DNA of 29,150 bases from an uncultured Chloroflexia bacterium (GTDB taxonomy: Bacteria > Chloroflexota > Limnocylindria > Limnocylindrales > CSP1-4): NCBI GenBank assembly GCA_963734535.1, contig CAVTHS010000012.1:1-29150 (forward strand). The letters are read 5' to 3'. The notes under the pieces were generated by a model, which was not told the origin of the DNA, did not search any database, and saw only the letters and a program-made list of their open reading frames with translations. How positions within the stretch are numbered: position 1 is the stretch's first letter; each line of letters starts with the position of its first letter. The position numbers were made by a program, and so were the translations under genes. Of the stretch, positions 25,125 to 29,150 are shown piece after piece.

Positions 25125-25387
25125 GGCCCATCCTGGCCGCGCCTCGCCGCTGCCTCGGCGCAGCGGGATGGCTTCTCGTCTTGCTTCTCGTCATGCTCCT
25201 CGTCGCGGCGGCCCCCGTGCTCGCCGCAGACCCGACGGCGACCCCCGCGACCGGCGACGTGCGCAGCAGCTCGACCGCGCCCGGGCTCGTGGGTGATCCG
25301 CTGTTCGCGCTCGCCGGGGTGGTCGCGATCGGGCTCATCGCGGTTGGCGCGACGCTGCTCTACGTTCGGCTGACCTCGCGCCCCTGA
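25121..25387 (+). CDS. 88-aa exported/membrane protein (signal peptide, short linker, C-terminal TM)
   Basis: ATGA overlap with the upstream gene. Sequence MRPILAAPRR...LVAAAPVLA|ADPTATPATGDVRS...LFALAGVVAIGLIAVGATLLYVRLTSRP. Confidence 0.7.
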   Translation: MRPILAAPRRCLGAAGWLLVLLLVMLLVAAAPVLAADPTATPATGDVRSSSTAPGLVGDPLFALAGVVAIGLIAVGATLLYVRLTSRP

Positions 25388-25493
25388 ACCGCCGGGCGCC
25401 GACACGATCCGCCGCCCCCCGGCCGGCTCCACCGGGCCCCAGGCAGGATCCATCGGGCGATCCGGCCGCGGTGAGCGCCAATCTGACGGCACG

Positions 25494-25541
25494 GCCCGTG
25501 ACGTTTGTCCTATTGGCAAGATTTGGCAGGTCGGACAGACT
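25494..25541 (+). promoter_or_regulatory. Promoter overlapped by degenerate 9-bp-period direct repeats
   Basis: Repeats GCCCGTGAC/GTTTGTCCT/ATTGGCAAG/ATTTGGCAG/GTCGGACAG. Promoter TTGGCA (25513), 17-nt spacer, CAGACT (25536). Confidence 0.45.
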
Positions 25542-25587
25542 CCCGTTCACTTCACGAATCCTCCATCGAAGGTCGCGACCAGACGTC

Positions 25588-28545
25588 ATGACAACGATCA
25601 GGCGCCCCGTGGACACCACGCTCTCGGTCACCAAGGCGGCACGCCTCCTGGGCGTGCACCCGAACACGATCCGGGCGTGGAGCGACCAGGGGCGACTCTC
25701 GTTCCTGCGCATCAACGAGCGCGGCGACCGCCGCTACCGGCTCGCTGACCTCCAGCGCTTCCTCGCGGAGGCGGAGACGAAACGCGAGCCCGTCCGCGGC
25801 CGCCGCGGCTTCGGCCGGAGCTCTGCCGCGCCCGTCGCCCCGTCGATCGGCGCCGACACGGTCGAACAGCGAACGCGGCCTTCGCCGCGCGCATCCGCCG
25901 ACCCGGCGACCGCCGTCCGGATCGCGTCCGCGCACGCCGGCTACCGGACCGCGGCGCGAACCCGCCCCGACGTCGCGATCCTCGCCCGGCTCGCCGACCT
26001 CGTCGTCGCAGACGCGGATGCGGATGTCGCGATGCGGGCCGCGGTGGACGACCTGCACGACCGCGCAGGACACGGGCTGGTCGCGATCCTCGAGCACCGG
26101 GACGGGCGGCTCGTGACGCGGACTGCGCGTGGGGCCGGCGTGGACCGACTCGGGTCGCTCTCGGATGCACACGGCCTGACCGCCCGCGCCCTGCGGGGCG
26201 AGAGCCCCGTCGCCGAGACCGGTAACGCGGGCCCGGACTGGCTCGGAGGATCAGCGAGCCTTCTGCGTTCCCGCGTGGCGGGGCCGATCCGCGATGCGGA
26301 CGACCATACCTGGGGCGTCCTGCTCGTGGCCGACGAAGGCACGGCGGTCCCCCCGGAACGAATTGCGTTCGTGTCCGCGGTTGCCCGCTCGCTCGGCATC
26401 GCGATCCATGCGGAACGGCTGCGCGGCGACGCGGCGCTCCGGCTCCACCGCGTCGAGGCGCTTCGCCGCATCGCGATCGACCTCGGCGGGACGCTCGACA
26501 TCGGCGAGATCCTCGCAGGCGTCGTCGACCACGCCCGCATCCTGTTCGGGGCCGAGCGCGCGGCGGCCTCGCTCCTTGGCGCTGACGGCCGGATGACCGC
26601 CGAGGCAAGCCACGGCTTCTCGGCCGGCTACCTCGCCGCCACGCGCGACCTTCCACTTCCGGCGCTCCCCGCGGAGGTGGTTGCCGAGCAGCGGCCGCTC
26701 TTCTCGGAACGATACCGGGACGACCCGCGGGCGCAGCCGGTCCGGGCAGCGGTGGTCCAGGAGGGATTCGAGACGCTCTGCGCCGCGCCACTCCAGGGCA
26801 CCGGGGGCGCACTGGGACTCGTCACCATCTGCCACGACCGACCGCACCGCTGGGATCCGGAGGAGCTCGAGGCCCTTGCCGGCTTCGCGGCGCACGCAAC
26901 CACCGCGGTGAAGAACGCGCAGCGGTTCGCGCGCATGGCGACGTGGACGGCGCAGCTGCAGTCGATCCAGCAGCTCGGCACGAAGCTCTCGCGCCTGACC
27001 ACGGAGAAGGAGATCGGCGACGCCATCTCGAACGAGCTCGAGGCGCTCATCGCCTTCCACAACGTCCGTGTCTATCGCCTGCGCGAGGATGGCTGGCTCG
27101 CTCCCGTGGCGATGCGCGGTCTCGTCGGCGAGTTCAAGGACGAGACGCCGGACCTGCTCCGCATCCGGATCGGCGAGGGGATCACCGGCTGGGTCGCTCG
27201 CAACAACATGCCGCAGAACCTGGGGGACGCCGCCAACGACGATCGGGCCCAGACGATCGCGGGCACGCAAGACGACCTCGAGGAGTCGATGCTGCTGGCG
27301 CCGATGGTCTACGAGGACGAGGTCCTCGGCGTGATCGTCCTCTCCAAGCTGGGCCTCCACCAGTTCTCCGATGACGACCTGCGCCTCCTCGTCATCTACG
27401 CCAGCCTCGCCGCGCAGGCGATCGCGAACGCCGACACGAGCGAGCACCTGCGGGCGCAGTCGACGCGACTGGAGCGACGGCTGGCCAGCCAGCGAGCGCT
27501 CCTGGCGACCACCGAATCGATCCTCGGAACGCTCGAGACGCGGCAGATCCTCGAGCAGGTCGTCGACCGCCTCAGCGCGGTCGTCCGGCTCGACACGATC
27601 TCGATCGAGCTGCTCGACCCCGGGTCCCGGATCCTGCGGCCCGTCCTGGCGCGGGGCGTGCACGCGGCTGCCTACCTCGAGCCGTGGGAGCCGGGCGAGG
27701 AAGGGCTTGCGACCTGGGTCGTTGCCCACGGCGAGCCCCAGCTCGTCCGCGATGAGCTTCTCGACTCCAGGGTGCGCCAGTTTCCCACGACGGGGCCGCT
27801 CGAGGGCAGCCTCATCTGCGTCCCGCTGCGCGGCCCGGACGGCGCGTTGGGAGTCGTCTCGATGGAGCGACTCGGGTCGGAGGAGCGGTTCGACGAGGAT
27901 GACTTCGAGCTCGTCCAGCTCTTCGCCGGCCAGGTCTCCATCGCCCTCCGCAACGCGGCTGCCTTCCGCGTCAAGGAGATCGAAGCCCAGACCGACCAGG
28001 TGACCGGGCTTCTCAACGCCGGCACGTTCCGGACCTGGCTCCAGGAGCCGGCGATGCCGGACGAGCGATTCGGGCTCCTCATGCTCGACCTGGACCACTT
28101 CAAGGAGATCAACGAGACGATGGGCCACGAGGCCGGCACCGAGCTCCTGCGGCAGATCGCCCGGGCGATCTCGGATGCCGGCCGCGACTCGGACCGCGTC
28201 TTCCGGTATGGCGGTGACGAGTTCGCCGTGATCGTGGCGGCCCCCGAGCCGACGGCCGCAATGGCCGTCGCGCGCCGGATCCGCCAGGTGCTCCGGGAGC
28301 TTCCCCACCGGCTTGCGGGGCTCGATTGCGGCCCCGTGGTGAGCGCCTCGATCGGCGTCGCGACCTATCCGTCCGACGGGACGACGCATGCCGAGATCCT
28401 GCTGGCGGCCGACCGGGCGTGCTTCGTGGCTAAGCGACGTGGGCGCGACCTGATCGCCACGGCCGCAGAGGGCCTGGCGCTGGCGGCGGACTTCACGTTG
28501 TCGGAGCCGACGCCGATGGATCCGGTGACACCGGGCCCGGGCTGA
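25588..28545 (+). CDS. BldC/excisionase-like (MerR-type) HTH + ~4 GAF domains + GGDEF dinucleotide cyclase
   Basis: HTH LSVTKAARLLGVHPNTIRAWSDQGRL...GDRRY; GAF motifs GEGITGW, APM, VPL and FSDDD; GGDEF domain DLDHFKEINETMGH, RDSD I-site, RYGGDEF, SIGVA and ADRA. The start could also be GTG 25609. Confidence 0.9.
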   Translation: MTTIRRPVDTTLSVTKAARLLGVHPNTIRAWSDQGRLSFLRINERGDRRYRLADLQRFLAEAETKREPVRGRRGFGRSSAAPVAPSIGADTVEQRTRPSPRASADPATAVRIASAHAGYRTAARTRPDVAILARLADLVVADADADVAMRAAVDDLHDRAGHGLVAILEHRDGRLVTRTARGAGVDRLGSLSDAHGLTARALRGESPVAETGNAGPDWLGGSASLLRSRVAGPIRDADDHTWGVLLVADEGTAVPPERIAFVSAVARSLGIAIHAERLRGDAALRLHRVEALRRIAIDLGGTLDIGEILAGVVDHARILFGAERAAASLLGADGRMTAEASHGFSAGYLAATRDLPLPALPAEVVAEQRPLFSERYRDDPRAQPVRAAVVQEGFETLCAAPLQGTGGALGLVTICHDRPHRWDPEELEALAGFAAHATTAVKNAQRFARMATWTAQLQSIQQLGTKLSRLTTEKEIGDAISNELEALIAFHNVRVYRLREDGWLAPVAMRGLVGEFKDETPDLLRIRIGEGITGWVARNNMPQNLGDAANDDRAQTIAGTQDDLEESMLLAPMVYEDEVLGVIVLSKLGLHQFSDDDLRLLVIYASLAAQAIANADTSEHLRAQSTRLERRLASQRALLATTESILGTLETRQILEQVVDRLSAVVRLDTISIELLDPGSRILRPVLARGVHAAAYLEPWEPGEEGLATWVVAHGEPQLVRDELLDSRVRQFPTTGPLEGSLICVPLRGPDGALGVVSMERLGSEERFDEDDFELVQLFAGQVSIALRNAAAFRVKEIEAQTDQVTGLLNAGTFRTWLQEPAMPDERFGLLMLDLDHFKEINETMGHEAGTELLRQIARAISDAGRDSDRVFRYGGDEFAVIVAAPEPTAAMAVARRIRQVLRELPHRLAGLDCGPVVSASIGVATYPSDGTTHAEILLAADRACFVAKRRGRDLIATAAEGLALAADFTLSEPTPMDPVTPGPG

Positions 28546-28576
28546 GGGACCCCCGAGGCGGGCGTACCATCGGGTG

Positions 28577-29150
28577 ATGCCGGGTCGCCGACCTCGCGCC
28601 GCCGCACGGCCGACAGCGGTGCTCGCCGCCGTCGCGATCGTGCTGACGGGCTGCGCGGCGCCCGTGGCCTCGACCCCGATCGCCCCACCCGGGTCGGCCG
28701 CCGCCTCGGCGGCGCCGTCCGGATCGCCGGCACCAGGTGCAAACCGGCCGTACCGGCCCACGCCGGCCCCGGCGCCGACGCTCACCGCATACGTCGTGCG
28801 GGCCGGCGACACGCTTGCCGCGCTCGCCGACCGCTTCGGCACGACCGTCGAAAGCCTCGCGTACTGGAACCGGGCCCGCTACCCGACGCTCGACCCCGAG
28901 TCCCGCGCCTACGCGCCGAACCGGATCGAGACCGGCTGGCGGCTCGACTACGAGCCGGGCCAGGTTGTCGACCCGGAGAACCCGCCACCTGCCGCAATCC
29001 CGTCCGTGCCCGTGGGCAGCCTGGAGCCGTTCCCGGTGCTCCCGGCCGATGGGAGCGCGATCCTCGTGGCCCACGCGCCCCGCGGCAGCGATACCGTGGC
29101 GCTGACATTCGAGTATTTCGGTGGACCGGGCGCGGGCGCGACGACTGCGA
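28577..29150 (+). CDS. Lipoprotein with LysM domain and the start of a NodB-like domain (truncated by the window edge)
   Basis: Translated by hand: LTGC lipobox, Pro/Ala linker, YVVRAGDTLAALADRFGTTVESLAYWN (LysM), then VALTFEY. The ATG lies 6 nt after TACCAT. Confidence 0.8.
   Translation, partial: MPGRRPRAAARPTAVLAAVAIVLTGCAAPVASTPIAPPGSAAASAAPSGSPAPGANRPYRPTPAPAPTLTAYVVRAGDTLAALADRFGTTVESLAYWNRARYPTLDPESRAYAPNRIETGWRLDYEPGQVVDPENPPPAAIPSVPVGSLEPFPVLPADGSAILVAHAPRGSDTVALTFEYFGGPGAGATTA

Noticed and set aside
25609-25770. Phage excisionase indicating a prophage
   Set aside because: The HTH is in frame with the GAF-GGDEF domains, and no phage or integrase genes are nearby.
129-28842. Many long antisense or alternate-frame ORFs (e.g. 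3340-5391, 12381-14240, 20746-22761, 26251-28842)
   Set aside because: These are shadow ORFs expected at very high GC. They have no recognisable motifs and overlap well-supported genes.

Overview
Very GC-rich bacterial chromosomal window. Gene content and style suggest Chloroflexota, possibly Limnocylindria; this is inference only. No mobile element, CRISPR array or rRNA is visible. From left to right: an alpha/beta hydrolase, a DinB-like gene and tRNA-Lys(UUU); a lysine operon (dapB-dapA-dapD-atypical lysA) preceded by a candidate Lys-Lys leader-peptide attenuator; DUF2203-DUF309-rhodanese; a six-gene minus-strand respiratory operon joining an NfnB/GltD-type flavo-Fe-S protein to a split cytochrome b6-like/Rieske complex, a cytochrome c-cupredoxin fusion and a membrane-anchored Kelch propeller; a hypothetical protein, a PIG-L deacetylase and bcp; a TPP riboswitch with thiD-thiM-thiE-thiL-cytX; HAD, YbaK and a hypothetical protein; an unrecognised ~80-nt structured RNA candidate with its own promoter behind DnaA-like boxes; two membrane proteins; a BldC-like HTH-4xGAF-GGDEF protein with the Asp-to-Thr 'Hypr' signature; and a truncated LysM lipoprotein. 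The strongest leads are the flavoprotein-coupled Rieske/cyt b complex, the Lys leader-peptide attenuator, the candidate cGAMP-making DNA-binding GGDEF, the orphan ncRNA and a BtrK/SbnH-like decarboxylase in the lysA position. All calls come from reading motifs by eye; no searches or folding programs were run.
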